From Tubiluchus corallicola (Eukaryota; Animalia; Priapulida): a DNA stretch of 64,000 nt. Shown here piece after piece: positions 1 to 11,707 of this stretch; the first letter of the stretch is position 1, and each line of letters starts with the position of its first letter. The notes beneath the pieces were generated by a model. The model saw only the letters and a list, made by a program, of their open reading frames with translations, made no database searches and was not told where the DNA came from. Location: positions 1-64,000 of the forward strand of contig JAQGDQ010000839.1 of NCBI GenBank assembly GCA_030141605.1, read 5' to 3'. The translations under genes were made by a program, and so were the position numbers.

Positions 1-52
1 AATATTTTTTGCTGTAACTATAAGTATTTGGCTAAGAAAATTGCTGTCATCA

Positions 53-185
53 TCAGTATCGCTCATGAGTACCAGATTGGTCAAAATGCCCTGTGCTGTC
101 TCCTATCACAGCTGGATTAACGTAACCGTCTCTTAGTTGACCCGTGAAGAAGTCGCTCTCTGCCTTAGGAAGAATGGCTCCTTTC
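53..185 (-). CDS. Orct: SLC22 exon 12, cytoplasmic tail (KGAILPKAESDFFTGQLRDGYVNPAVIGDSTGHFDQSGTHERY*)
   Basis: TTTTTCAG acceptor in the phase required by exon 11; 43 open codons; ends TGA TGA TGA; gives a typical SLC22 length. Confidence 0.72.
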
Positions 186-253
186 CTGAAAAACGGTTTC
201 TCTTTGGTTAAAATTATCTTTCTGATTGTGTTGCCGAGTTTGTGTGTAAGGAA

Positions 254-1012
254 GTCAGTCAGTCAGCCGGTCAGTCAGTCAGTCAGTCAGTCAGTCAGTC
301 AGTCAGTCAGTCAGTCAGTCAGTCAGTCAGTCAGTCAGTCAGTCAGTCAGTCAGGAAGTCAGTCAGGAAGTCAGTCAGTCAGTCAGTCAGTCAGTCAGTC
401 AGTCAGTCAGTCAGTCAGTCAGTCAATCAGTCAGTCAGTCAGTCAGTCAGTCAGTCAGTCAGTCAGTCAGTCAGTCATCAGTCAGTCATCGTCGGTCTAT
501 TGTCAGTCAGCAGTCATCAATCAGACACACAGTCAGTCAGTCAGTCAGTCAGTCAGTCAGTCAGTCAGGAAGTCAGTCAGTCAGTCAGTCAGTCAGTCAG
601 TCAGTCAGTCAGTCAGTCAATCAGTCAGTCAGTCAGTCAGTCAGTCAGTCAGTCAGTCAGTCAGTCAGTCAGTCAGTCTGTCGGTCTATTGTCAGTCAGT
701 CAGTCAGTCAGTCAGTTAGTCAGTCAGTCAGTCAGTCAGGAAGTCAGTCAGTCAGTCAGTCAGGAAGTCAGTCAGTCAGTCAGTCAGTCAGTCAGTCAGT
801 CAGTCAATCAGTCTGTCAGTCAGTCAGTCAGTCAGTCAGTCAGTCAGTCAGTCAGTCAGTCAGTCAGTCAGTCAGTCAGTCAGCCAATCAGTCAGTCAGT
901 CAGTCAGTCAGTCTGTCTGTCGGTCTATTGTCAGCCAATCAGTCAGTCAGTCAGTCATTCAGTCAGTCAGTCAGTCAGTCTGTCGGTCTATTGTCAGTCA
1001 GTCACTCAGTCA
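254..1012. repeat. (CAGT)n microsatellite, degenerate
   Basis: Direct reading. Confidence 0.97.
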
Positions 1013-1339
1013 TGCAACCAACTAACGCACTCACTGCTGGTTCAACTGGTTTAATGGTTTACATGTCTCTAAGCTAAAATCCTGCTCGCGAACAAGGGAA
1101 AACGTGCTAAATGAGTGAAAAGATCAATGGGACAGGAGGGCATTTCAAAATGAGACAGTAATTACATGTAGTAATAATTTTTATTTATTTATGACAGTAT
1201 GTAATATCAAGAGAGTACTATAAGAGAGAAAGGTGTCGCATATTGAAACAGCAATCATTTGCGTTAGTAAGTTTGGTTTAGTTTAAATCTAGTTTATTTG
1301 GCTGAAATTAAAACTGATACATGAATCCTTTCATCGTGC

Positions 1340-1537
1340 AAGTGTGGGCCCATGTACGGGCAGAAGTGTGGGCCCATGTACGGGCAGAAGTGTGGGCCCA
1401 TGTACGGGCAGAAGTGTGGGCCCATGTACGGCCAGAAGTGTGCGCCCATGTACGGCCAGAAGTGTGCGCCCATGTACGGCCAGAAGTGTGCGCCCATGTA
1501 CGGGCAGAAGTGTGGGCCAATGTACGGGCAGAAGTGT
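1340..1537. repeat. 24-bp minisatellite (AGAAGTGTGGGCCCATGTACGGGC), about 8 copies
   Basis: Direct reading. Confidence 0.95.
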
Positions 1538-1703
1538 AGACAAAAAAGTAAAATAAATACAGACAAACACAAATACATATACATACAAAGTAAGCAGATG
1601 AATAACATAAATATTTGAATAACTGTCACTAAATATCTTAAAATTTACCGTAAATGGATAAAATGGATCCAGAAGACTGATCACATTGAAACGTAAAGTG
1701 CAC

Positions 1704-2325
1704 TTAAAGCAAAACCGGACCCAATCTTAAACTGTAGGTCAAAACATTCTATCCTTTAAAATATTGAAAGGAAATATAGAATTTTTTCAAAAATGACTTA
1801 GGTGAAAGAATTATTACTACATAAACGCAATTTCATGTTCACGTCACTAGTTCTCCGCTGTTACATGCATTTCTATTCGCTTGTTAGACAGGCACTAAAG
1901 ACTGCCTTTCGAAAACGCATTGCACAAAAAGCAGGTGCTGTACCTCTAACTTTACATGTGTCGGTTTATGACGAACAACACACGTTCGACAGCTCATGCG
2001 TGAGCACAGCTATCAATTTGAAATTTTAAATTTATGTTAAAACTTGCCTAATTTTAGTACAACACACTGAATATCTTACAGTAGTACTGTACTTCAATTT
2101 TCGCTTTCGCAAATACGTGCAACACGCTCGTGGGATATTTTTGCTGTTGAAAATTATGTTAGTTTGTGATGTCATCAATAGCTGAGCTCGCCCAGCGTTA
2201 ATTAAGTTTCAAATCTATTATTTAATTATCAGAAACGCTTTTCTAGTATAGATGTGTTAAAATGTATAATTTATATCGGACATGAAAATGGGGTAGTATA
2301 TGAGAAATCATCCTGTCTTCCTTTA
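1704..2325 (+). mobile_element. Non-autonomous TTAA-flanked DNA element (Kolobok-like), copy A
   Basis: TTAA|AGCAAAAC ... GTCTTCCT|TTAA termini; inverted homologue at 7070-7660; partial copies at about 2670-3030 and 57700-57920. Confidence 0.65.
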
Positions 2326-3031
2326 ACGTAATTTTGAATGCAATCAAAAATGTTAGTTAATATCAACATTTAAAATCATCACTTCCGCAAAGATACAATG
2401 ACAGCAGTTCGCGATTTCTGTAAAATGTTGATATTAATGGCAATAATAAGTTATTATTTATTTATTTATTTATTTTGGCGTCGAAAACGTGGCACTCCCT
2501 TCATGGCTGCAGTGAAGAAACTCTTACCTATTTTTCACACAGCCTTCTAAGCAGGTAGCATAGCAGTTGCTATGCATGCAGATTTCGTAATTCTAAACTG
2601 GCAGCAAATTTCCTAACAAGTCATAAAATGCTTAAAAACCCTTTAGTGGCAAGAAACAATGCTCTCATAACCACAAAAGGAAAATCAGGATCAGGATCAG
2701 GATCCAAGTTTAAACTATAGGTCCAACAATCTACTCTCCAAAACATTGAAAGAAAACATACTATTTTTTCAAAAATGACTTGCGTGAAAGAATTATTACC
2801 AGACAAACACAATTTCACGTTAACGCCACTAGTTCTTCACTGTTACATGCATTTTGCCTTTGCATCTTGTGCTAGCGCCTGCATTGTAAAAAAGGTGCTG
2901 TACCTCTCATTTCACATGTGTCCATTGTGACTTAGCATATTAAGTTCGAGAGATCAGCCGTGAATTTGAAAGTTGAATTTAAAACTTTAAGCTTAAAGTT
3001 TTTGTATATAACCCTGAGTAAACAGTCAAGC

Positions 3032-3255
3032 TAACAGCTACTGACGTCGTGAATGCTGTCACCATAGTAACAGCTACTGACGCCGTGAATGCTGTCACCA
3101 TAGTAACAGCTACTGACGCCGTGAATGCTGTCACCATAGTAACAGCTACTGACGCCATGAATGCTGTCACCATAGTAACAGCTACTGACGGCGTGAATGC
3201 TGCCACCATAGTAACAGCTACTGACGCCGTAAATGCCGTCACCATAGTAACTGCC
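3032..3255. repeat. 36-bp minisatellite (TAACAGCTACTGACGCCGTGAATGCTGTCACCATAG), about 6 copies
   Basis: Direct reading; ends about 80 bp before the PLCXD ATG. Confidence 0.95.
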
Positions 3256-3333
3256 ACTCATCGAAACGCAAAATGTGGGAAATATGATTTTCTCTGACAT
3301 TTTATCCCATTTTGGCAATTTTTTCAAACCATA

Positions 3334-3472
3334 ATGAATTTTTTGCTTATTTGGTGTGCGATATTGCCTCAACAGTTAATTAATGCGGTCAACATCAATC
3401 CGTCAAAATGGATGGAATTACTACCAAATGTTATAACAGACCACGTTCCACTTCATTCCTTAGCAATACCAG
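3334..3472 (+). CDS. PLCXD: PLCXD-like gene exon 1 (signal peptide MNFLLIWCAILPQQLINA, then KWMELLP...PLHSLAIP)
   Basis: WM-x-x-LP...PL-x-x-LAIPG is the N-terminal PI-PLC X signature; in-frame upstream TGA at 3295; donor CAG|GTATAT, phase 1. Confidence 0.85.
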
Positions 3473-3615
3473 GTATATCGTTTTACTTATTTATTTTCTT
3501 TTGAACTATAAAATATTAGCGTTTCTAAATTGGTTTGCGCAAAAGAATAACAACATTGCGCTTAACATCTGTTCCAGTGTGATAGCGATTTTAATTGTTG
3601 TTTCTTCTCATTTAG

Positions 3616-3716
3616 GTTCAGCTAACTCGTTCACGTATCCATTCACCAGTAAATCTCACCAGGGACCAGATGATTGCTTATTAAAAGAATATTTGTTTGG
3701 CAAGCGTGTCGTATTG
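3616..3716 (+). CDS. PLCXD: PLCXD-like gene exon 2 (GSANSFTY...GPDD...KRVVL)
   Basis: TTTAG acceptor continues IP-G-S; GTTAGA donor, phase 0. Confidence 0.82.
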
Positions 3717-4332
3717 GTTAGAAAGTATTTTTATTCTTAGTTGCATAATGTAGAAGAGACAAAAACTCATTCAGAGTTATAGATTTTTCATTCCTCAATT
3801 ACCATTATTTTCTACAAACTCATTGTCTCACCGAAAAATGGAACTATTAGAAATATTAGAAATACTAATAGATCATTCTACTGATCAACAAAGTCATTTT
3901 TAATGTCCGTCTGTGTGCTTGGAAAAATTACAAGTTTGATATTAATAGTCAAAGTCATCATTATTGCCACCGAGTATTGATCCAACACCTTTCAGTTTTA
4001 TATGCAGAACAGCTCCAATGTGTTTCTTGTTGCAGTATTTTAACCATCTTAGGCTGTCTTGCGAAAACACTATCTTTATCTACTAAATACTGAAAAGAAC
4101 AATTGTCTAAGCAATGGTCAGCCATTGCTATGATGCTATTGCTCTAAAGAAATCAAGTGCTACATTCTAGCTTCGTTCACAACAATGTCTTCTGTAATTT
4201 TGCATAAATTCCCTTGTAAATGAACAAATGGTATATATGTGTGACTTTCGTGTGCTTAATCTTATGCTGCGTTGGACTTTTTATCTAATTTAAACACCTT
4301 TTTAAAATGTAGTCATATTTATTGTTTTGCAG

Positions 4333-5232
4333 AGCTGGTGCAAATGTCAGGATTTGACCCCTACTGAACAACTGACACGAGGCGTGCGCTACTTTGAAGG
4401 TAAAATTGGTTACTCAGATGAGCAGCCACCAGCCCTTGATCAAAACGTTAATTTCACACACGGTCTTTTTGGTAAAAGTGTAATTGAGGTGATGGTCGAT
4501 ATAAATGAGTTTTTGATACTTCATCCGAAAGAAGTTGTGATTATTGACTTTACTAGTTTTTACGGCATCGAATCAGAACTGCACAGTGGAATCATCCATC
4601 AGGCTAAGCACCTGTTTCAGCACTTATTAGTACCCCCACCGAAACAACGAAAATTTTATACTCTGAGGGACCTTTGGATGAATCATCAGCAGGTCATTCT
4701 AATTTACCACCATCCTATAGCCGAGGAATATGCGGAATTTGTCTGGCCAGGACGCTATGTGGATCGCACTGCAGTAGATGCAGTAGAAAAAATGGCTAGT
4801 GTAGACATACGAGAATTGATCGACAACCTAAAAACAATGTACGCTGACTGGCCAAGATCAAAGGATAAATTTCAAATTACTCCAGCTTATTTGCCAGCTC
4901 GGAATGTTGACCAAACCACCGTTGCAAAGAAGGCGAACGGAGGGGACATTAACGTTAAACAAGCGTACGGCCGTAATATGAATAAAAACGTCGCTGAGTG
5001 GTTTAACTCAGGCCAAGTTTCAGCAGGAAGTACGTATATCAATATCGTAACGATGGATTACATGCATCTTAGTGGACTGATTGAAGCTACAGTAAGTTTG
5101 AATTACTTAGCCCGGGAGGAAAAATCATTAGAAACAAGAGAGGTTTCTGGTACAAGTAAGACAACACCTGACCAAGTCAAGATCACGAGTTTTATGATTT
5201 TGATGTTGCTTCTTCCAATTTATTTTTATTAG
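4333..5232 (+). CDS. PLCXD: PLCXD-like gene exon 3 (SWCKCQDLT-x-x-EQLTRGVRYF...FTHGLFG...HPKEVVIIDF...NIVTMDY, hydrophobic C-terminus)
   Basis: Long ORF with PI-PLC X-domain motifs; TTGCAG acceptor; AATAAA at 5477. Confidence 0.9.
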   Translation, partial: SWCKCQDLTPTEQLTRGVRYFEGKIGYSDEQPPALDQNVNFTHGLFGKSVIEVMVDINEFLILHPKEVVIIDFTSFYGIESELHSGIIHQAKHLFQHLLVPPPKQRKFYTLRDLWMNHQQVILIYHHPIAEEYAEFVWPGRYVDRTAVDAVEKMASVDIRELIDNLKTMYADWPRSKDKFQITPAYLPARNVDQTTVAKKANGGDINVKQAYGRNMNKNVAEWFNSGQVSAGSTYINIVTMDYMHLSGLIEATVSLNYLAREEKSLETREVSGTSKTTPDQVKITSFMILMLLLPIYFY

Positions 5233-5609
5233 TTATCAACTGGAAAAAGGGCAGTAAGACAACAGTAAATAGACAACAGTAAAACTATAGTCTGCACTGG
5301 TAGAAAAATATGCTGATTGGTAAAAACTAGTTCTTTTGTGTGTACTTAATGATTTTCAGCGGTGCCAGTATATTCGATACTACAATGTCATTTAAAAACA
5401 CCTGTAGTCTTCCTTAATTGTAATTTAATTAGGCCTCATATGACCAGTATTATTAGCATGTTAACTGTAAAACGGGAATAAAATGAAATAAGTAACTATC
5501 CATAGTTGATGTTTACCGCTCTCTTTGTTATTTTTGCCTCTGCGACTGGCGCGTTTCCATTTCTCATAATCACTGAAGCCTGTTGATTAAGCATCTATAT
5601 ATTAATAAT

Positions 5610-6631
5610 AGTGTTTATTACAACTACGTACAGTTGTTGCTGTTTAAAAGTTTTCGTTTTTTTACTGTAGGTATGGAGGCAGTGTTTATTACAACTACGT
5701 ACAGTTGTTGCTGTTTAAAAGTTTTCGTTTTTTTTACTGCAGGTATTGAGGCAGTGTTTATTACAACTACGTACAGTTGTTGCTGTTTAAAAGTTTTCGT
5801 TTTTTTTACTGTAGGTATGGAGGCAGTGTTTATTACAACTACGTACAGTTGTTGCTGTTTAAAAGTTTTCGTTTTTTTACTGCAGGTATTGAGGCAGTGT
5901 TTATTACAACTACGTACAGTTGTTGCTGTTTAAAAGTTTTCGTTTTTTTACTGTATGTATGGAGGCAGTGTTTATTACAACTATGTACAGTTGTTGCTGT
6001 TTAAAAGTTTTCGTTTTTTTTACTGCAGGTATTGAGGCAGTGTTTATTACAACTACGTACAGTTATTGCTGTTTAAAAGTTTTCGTTTTTTTACTGTATG
6101 TATGGAGGCAGTGTTTATTACAACTACGTACAGTTGTTGCTGTTTAAAAGTTTTCGTTTTTTTACTGTAGGTATGGAGGCAGTGTTTATTACAACTACGT
6201 ACAGTTGTTGCTGTTTAAAAGTTTTCGTTTTTTTACTGCAGGTATTGAGGCAGTGTTTATTACAACTACGTACAGTTGTTGCTGTTTAAAAGTTTTCGTT
6301 TTTTTACTGTATGTATGGAGGCAGTGTTTATTACAACTACGTACAGTTGTTGCTGTTTAAAAGTTTTCGTTTTTTTTACTGTAGGTATGGAGGCAGTGTT
6401 TATTACAACTACGTACAGTTGTTGCTGTTTAAAAGTTTTCGTTTTTTTACTGTAGGTTTGGAGGTTGTGTTTATTACAATTACGTACAGTTGTTGCTGTT
6501 TAAAAGTTTTCGTTTTTTTACTGTAGATTTGGAGGTTGTGTTTATTACAACTACGTACAGTTGTTGCTGTTTAAAAGTTTTCGTTTTTTTACTGTAGGTA
6601 TGGAGGCTGTGTTTATTACAACTACGTACAG
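5610..6631. repeat. 71-72-bp minisatellite, about 14 copies
   Basis: AGTGTTTATTACAACTACGTACAGTTGTTGCTG... unit. Confidence 0.95.
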
Positions 6632-6895
6632 CATGAAAAACTGCGTAAGGTACAGTACCTTAGAGACGACTTTGTACAGATCAGCATAGCATGCATACTA
6701 GATGTGTTAAATACTTTAAAAACTTATCAACAGTTGCAAAATGGAGCACATTTTATGCTTCTATTGAATCTCAATGTATCCCGTGGGATACAGGCTATAT
6801 TTAGCACGCGGGCACAGGTAGGAAAAAATAATTATTATGTGCAAACAAGATGGACATACTGAACAAAAGTACCAAGCCAAAATCTTTTTTCTTAG
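6631..6895 (-). mobile_element. Fragment of the piggyBac-like MITE also present at 60770-61202
   Basis: Reverse complement match to 60770-61030. Confidence 0.6.
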
Positions 6896-7069
6896 TAAAA
6901 AAATTATTTGGGACTGAAAGATTTAATTAACTGAACGTGGCAACACTGGCATGATAATCCGTGTTTCTTGCACAAATCAAATTGGCTTCTTCAGTGGCTG
7001 TATGATTAAAACACTATTAGAAGGCTGAAATAATATCAAAAATCTGGTAAAGACAACCTACCTAAATCT

Positions 7070-7660
7070 TTAAATGAAGACAGGATGATTTTTCATACAC
7101 TGCCCCATTTTCAAGTATGATAAAAAGTATACATTTTAACACAATTAATACTGCAAAGGCGTTTCTGATCATGAAATTATAGATTAAAAACTTAATTAAC
7201 GAGCCCAGCGATTGATGACGTCACAAACTAACTTAATTATCAACAACATAAATATTCTATGAGCGTGTTGCTCGTGTTTGCGAAAGCGAAAATTGAAGTA
7301 CAGTGCTACTGTAAGATATTTAGTGTGTTGTACTAAAACTAGGTAAGTTTTAAGATAAAAATTCAAATTGCTCGCGCATGGCTGTCGAACGTATGTAGTT
7401 CATCACAAACTAACGAATCTGAACTGAGAGGTACAGCACCTGTTTTTTGTTCAACGCGTTTCCGAAATGCAGGCGCTAGTGGCCATCTAACTAACGAATG
7501 ACGAAATGCGTGTAACGAGAATTAGTGACGCGAACAAGAAATTGTGTTTGTGTAATAATTCTTTCAGTAAGTCATTTTTGAAAAAAATAGCATGTTTCCT
7601 TTCAATATTTTAAAGAGTGCATTGTTTTGACCTACAGTTTAAGATTTGGTTTTGCTTTAA
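7070..7660 (-). mobile_element. Kolobok-like element, copy B (inverted relative to copy A)
   Basis: Reverse complement similarity to 1704-2325 over its length; TTAA at both ends. Confidence 0.65.
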
Positions 7661-7714
7661 TATCTGCATTGTGAGTTTTTCTTTGATTTGAACTTATGTG
7701 CCAGTTTGTACACG

Positions 7715-8125
7715 CATGCAGACAGATCGCAGACATGCAGGCAGGCAGACAGACGGACAGACAGTCATGCAGACAGACAAACAGACAGGTTGACAGATAG
7801 GTAGGCAGGCAGACAGACAAACAGACAGTCAGGTAGGCAGACAAACAGGCAGGTAGACAGAATAGACAGATGAACAGGCAAGCAGACAGACGGACGGACA
7901 AGCAGTCAGGTAGACAGACAAACATACAGTCAGGTAGACAGACAAACAGGCAGGTAGACAGAGAAACAGGTAAGCAGACAGACAGACGGACAAGCAGTCA
8001 GGTAGACAGACAAACAGACAGGTTGACAGAGGCAGGCAGACAGGCAGACGGACAAGCAGTCAGGTAGACAGACAAACAGACAGATAGACAGATAAGCAGG
8101 CAGGCAGGCAGACAGACAGACTGCA
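7715..8125. repeat. (CAGA/CAGG)n degenerate microsatellite
   Basis: Direct reading. Confidence 0.9.
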
Positions 8126-8172
8126 TGACATAAAATTGAAGACCTTTCTCTGCATGCAGTTTCGTTACTTAC

Positions 8173-8309
8173 TTTCCGAAGGCCTCGCCCTGCGCCATTG
8201 TATCTGGCAACGGTTTTCCCTTGGTTTCCGGAAGTAAAAATCCCAAACTTCCTGCCAGTAGACCCATACTTCCCATTACTAACACTGACATGTACGATGC
8301 GATGTTATC
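8173..8309 (-). CDS. Orct: SLC22 exon 11 (DNIASYM...LLPETKGKPLPDT...FG)
   Basis: LPETKG-x-x-LP motif, TTTCAG acceptor, GTAAGT donor, phase 2. Confidence 0.94.
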
Positions 8310-8629
8310 CTGAAAGCGTAAGAATGTTGCCATTATCAAGTCTATGCAGGTTCCAATAATTATCCTAGCTAATAGATTATATGGAGCGTTGGTCATAAAG
8401 TCAGTTTATGGTTTCTCTTAGTTCCAGAAAACGGTTATTACAAGAAGAATGAGCAAGAAACTTGAGATTTTACAGACCTTATTGATTTTGTTGTAATCAT
8501 TGCGATAAGAAGCCATATTATGATCGAGTTATTACTTTACCAGTCTAGTAGGAACATTCAAAATTTAATTTTCAGCTTTGGATTGCTTGCATGCTGGGCG
8601 GATTTTGTACCATCTTAACCACCACAAGT

Positions 8630-9232
<603 letters not shown>

Positions 9233-9479
9233 TAAAATTTAGGCAGCAAAGCAAGAAATTTATTGCACAATCAGGCAGGCTATACAATAATGAGTTTGAA
9301 AAATCTAAGTGTGACCTAGCAAAAACATGTGTAATGAGTTTTGCAGTAGTTTGATCTATGTATTTGCGAATTCTTCATACTTGAAGTAAACTATAATTCG
9401 CTTTTTACGAGTCTTTATATTCAGAAATATATTCCTAGTAATTTAATGTGATCACAAGATATAATGGATGACTCAAAAG

Positions 9480-9670
9480 CATCAATGCTGTTGAATGTAA
9501 CTGATTATTAACATATTTATAATTAAGAACAATGACTTCGATTTTGGCTCTGTTCGTTTTCAAGCGATTCCAATACATCCATTTATTTACATCAAAAACA
9601 AAATTTTCCATGTTAGTAATACAACGTTGTTCAAATTCAACACGGCCAAACTCAAAATGGGAACTGAACA
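9480..9670 (-). mobile_element. Degenerate L2/CR1-type LINE RT fragment
   Basis: DVNKWMYWNRLKTNRAKIEVIVL resembles the post-RT W-x-x-x-N-x-LKLN-x-x-KTE motif. Confidence 0.6.
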
Positions 9671-10057
9671 ACAGCTTCAGCAGGGCACTTTCAATATTGG
9701 CCTCTTTTAATATTTTCGCATTGCTTATGTACATTAGCTAATTACCTATTCTATATCATGTTGTTTGCCCAGCCTAGAATTACTAGGCTATTTTGCGCAA
9801 TGAATAACATAACCTGTGTTACAGGTAAACAAGCTCTGTTATTAACTGTGTATTACGCCTATCAGGATCATGAGTAGTTAGGAGAAGAAACCTGATACGC
9901 CTATTCATTATATTGTTACCTATATAACGTCAAGAAAGATGTGAAAATAAGAATGCCTAGTAGGTAGGTAGGAGGTATTCCACATAATTTCAACTGGTAT
10001 CGGTAATAATCTACGGAGCTACGTTAGTGTCGATTTTATTTTTTGAAGAAAAGTATA

Positions 10058-10580
10058 ATTATCTCGTTATAACGACGCAGCTATCTCCTTATAACGACAT
10101 AACTATCTCGTTATAACGACTTATTACCTCGTTATAACGATTTGCTATCTCGTTATAACGACTTAATATCTCCTTATAATGATGTAGCTACCTCACTATA
10201 ACGACTTACTATCTCGTTATAACGACATAACTACCTCGTTATCACGACATAACTATCTCGTTATAACGACTTACTACCTCGTTTTAATGACATAACTATC
10301 TCGTTATAATTACTTACTACCTTGTTATGACAATTTACTATCTCGTTATAACGACTTAGTATCTCCTTACAATGATGTTACTATCTCATTATAACGACTT
10401 ACTACCTCGTTATAACGACTTACTATCTCCTTACAATGATGTTACTATCTCGTTATAACGACTTACTACCTCGTTATAACGACTTAGTATCTCCTTACAA
10501 TGATGTAGCTGTCTCATTATAACGACTTGCTACCTCGTTATAATGTTTTACTATTGCATTACAATGACTTACTACCTCGT
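10058..10580. repeat. 21-22-bp tandem repeat with palindromic core TCGTTATAACGA
   Basis: Direct reading. Confidence 0.9.
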
Positions 10581-10659
10581 GCTCGAGCAAGTTAATTATA
10601 TGGTTCTGGTCAGATAATGTGGCATAAGCTAGTTAATTATGTGGTTCTGCTGAGTAAAT

Positions 10660-10918
10660 GTGGCTCGAGCGAGTTAATTATATTGTTCTAGTGAGATAAA
10701 GTGGTTCGAATGAGTTAATTATATTGTTCTAGTGAGATAAAGTGGTTCGAACGAGTTAATTATATTGTTCTAGTGAGATAAAGTGGTTCGAACGAGTTAA
10801 TTATATTGTTCTAGTGAGATAAAGTGGTTCGAACGAGTTAATTATATTGTTCTAGTGAGATAAAGTGGTTCGAACGAGTCAATTACATGGTTCTAGTGAG
10901 ATAAAGTGGTTCGAGCGA
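10660..10918. repeat. 41-bp minisatellite, about 6 copies
   Basis: GAGTTAATTATATTGTTCTAGTGAGATAAAGTGGTTCGAAC unit. Confidence 0.9.
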
Positions 10919-11497
10919 GAGAATCACGGTTGTAGCGTCAGAATTATGTTTGATTTTAGCTGGGTTGGTAATGCAGAAGCCAAATCAGGTAGCAGAGCAA
11001 TGCAATACCTACTGTAGTCATAGAAACACTGTCAACAGCGGTTAATACCACTGGATGCTTTATTGTCACATAATTAGTACATAAATGTCCCACACGTCCC
11101 ACAAAGTGGATTAACCTGACAGTTCAGAGCACAGATGAGTAAAACAGACAGGTGACTAGCAAGTAACAAAACTGAAAAACTGGCCAAAACCAAAAGCTTT
11201 ACATTCCCGCCACAGATGGCGCCTCGCGCACGAATTTGTAAGCAACACTAACAAAAAAAGTAACGGAAGTGGTGCTGATAAGCCACTGGTGTAGCAGTGT
11301 CTAGTTTTTTTGCTGGATTACTGCTGCCTTTTACCTGTCTGAAGGCAGATTTCTTTTATTTTAGAATTCTGCCTGCCCAATGTCTATAATAGACGTGACG
11401 GGAGTATGATGATGATGATGATGATGATGACGACGATGATGATGATGATGATGATGATGACGATGACGATGATGATGATGATGATGCACCTACTTAC

Positions 11498-11682
11498 CAG
11501 CAGAGCGATTTGAGGCGCTATTATTCCACCCACTCTGGCGGCCATGGAGCTAATTCCAATTCCAGTATTGCGTGCGACCGTTGGAAACAATTCTGCCGCA
11601 TAATTGTAGACCACAGCAAAGGACGCGGCAATGAACATTTTACCCGTCAAAGCCAGGGCTGTGGTCATCCATGCTATGTTTT
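11498..11682 (-). CDS. Orct: SLC22 exon 10 (ENIAWM...GKMFI...ELFPTVARN...APQIALL)
   Basis: ELFPT-x-x-R motif, TTGTAG acceptor, GTAAGT donor. Confidence 0.95.
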
Positions 11683-11707
11683 CTACAAGCAGACAGAACG
11701 ATATATA

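Noticed and set aside
144-1054. Long SQSV ORFs, and similar poly-I/Y/HT/LS/TYLL ORFs across the window
   Set aside because: Translations of stop-free microsatellites with no splice or domain support.
5430-5600. Alternative SLC22 terminal exon on the minus strand
   Set aside because: Acceptors have poor polypyrimidine tracts and give less convincing tails than the exon at 185-53; not formally excluded.
11205-11290. CTCF/YY1/ETS-like motifs (CAGATGGCGC, CGGAAGT) as an intronic promoter or insulator
   Set aside because: Only partial motif matches with no independent support.
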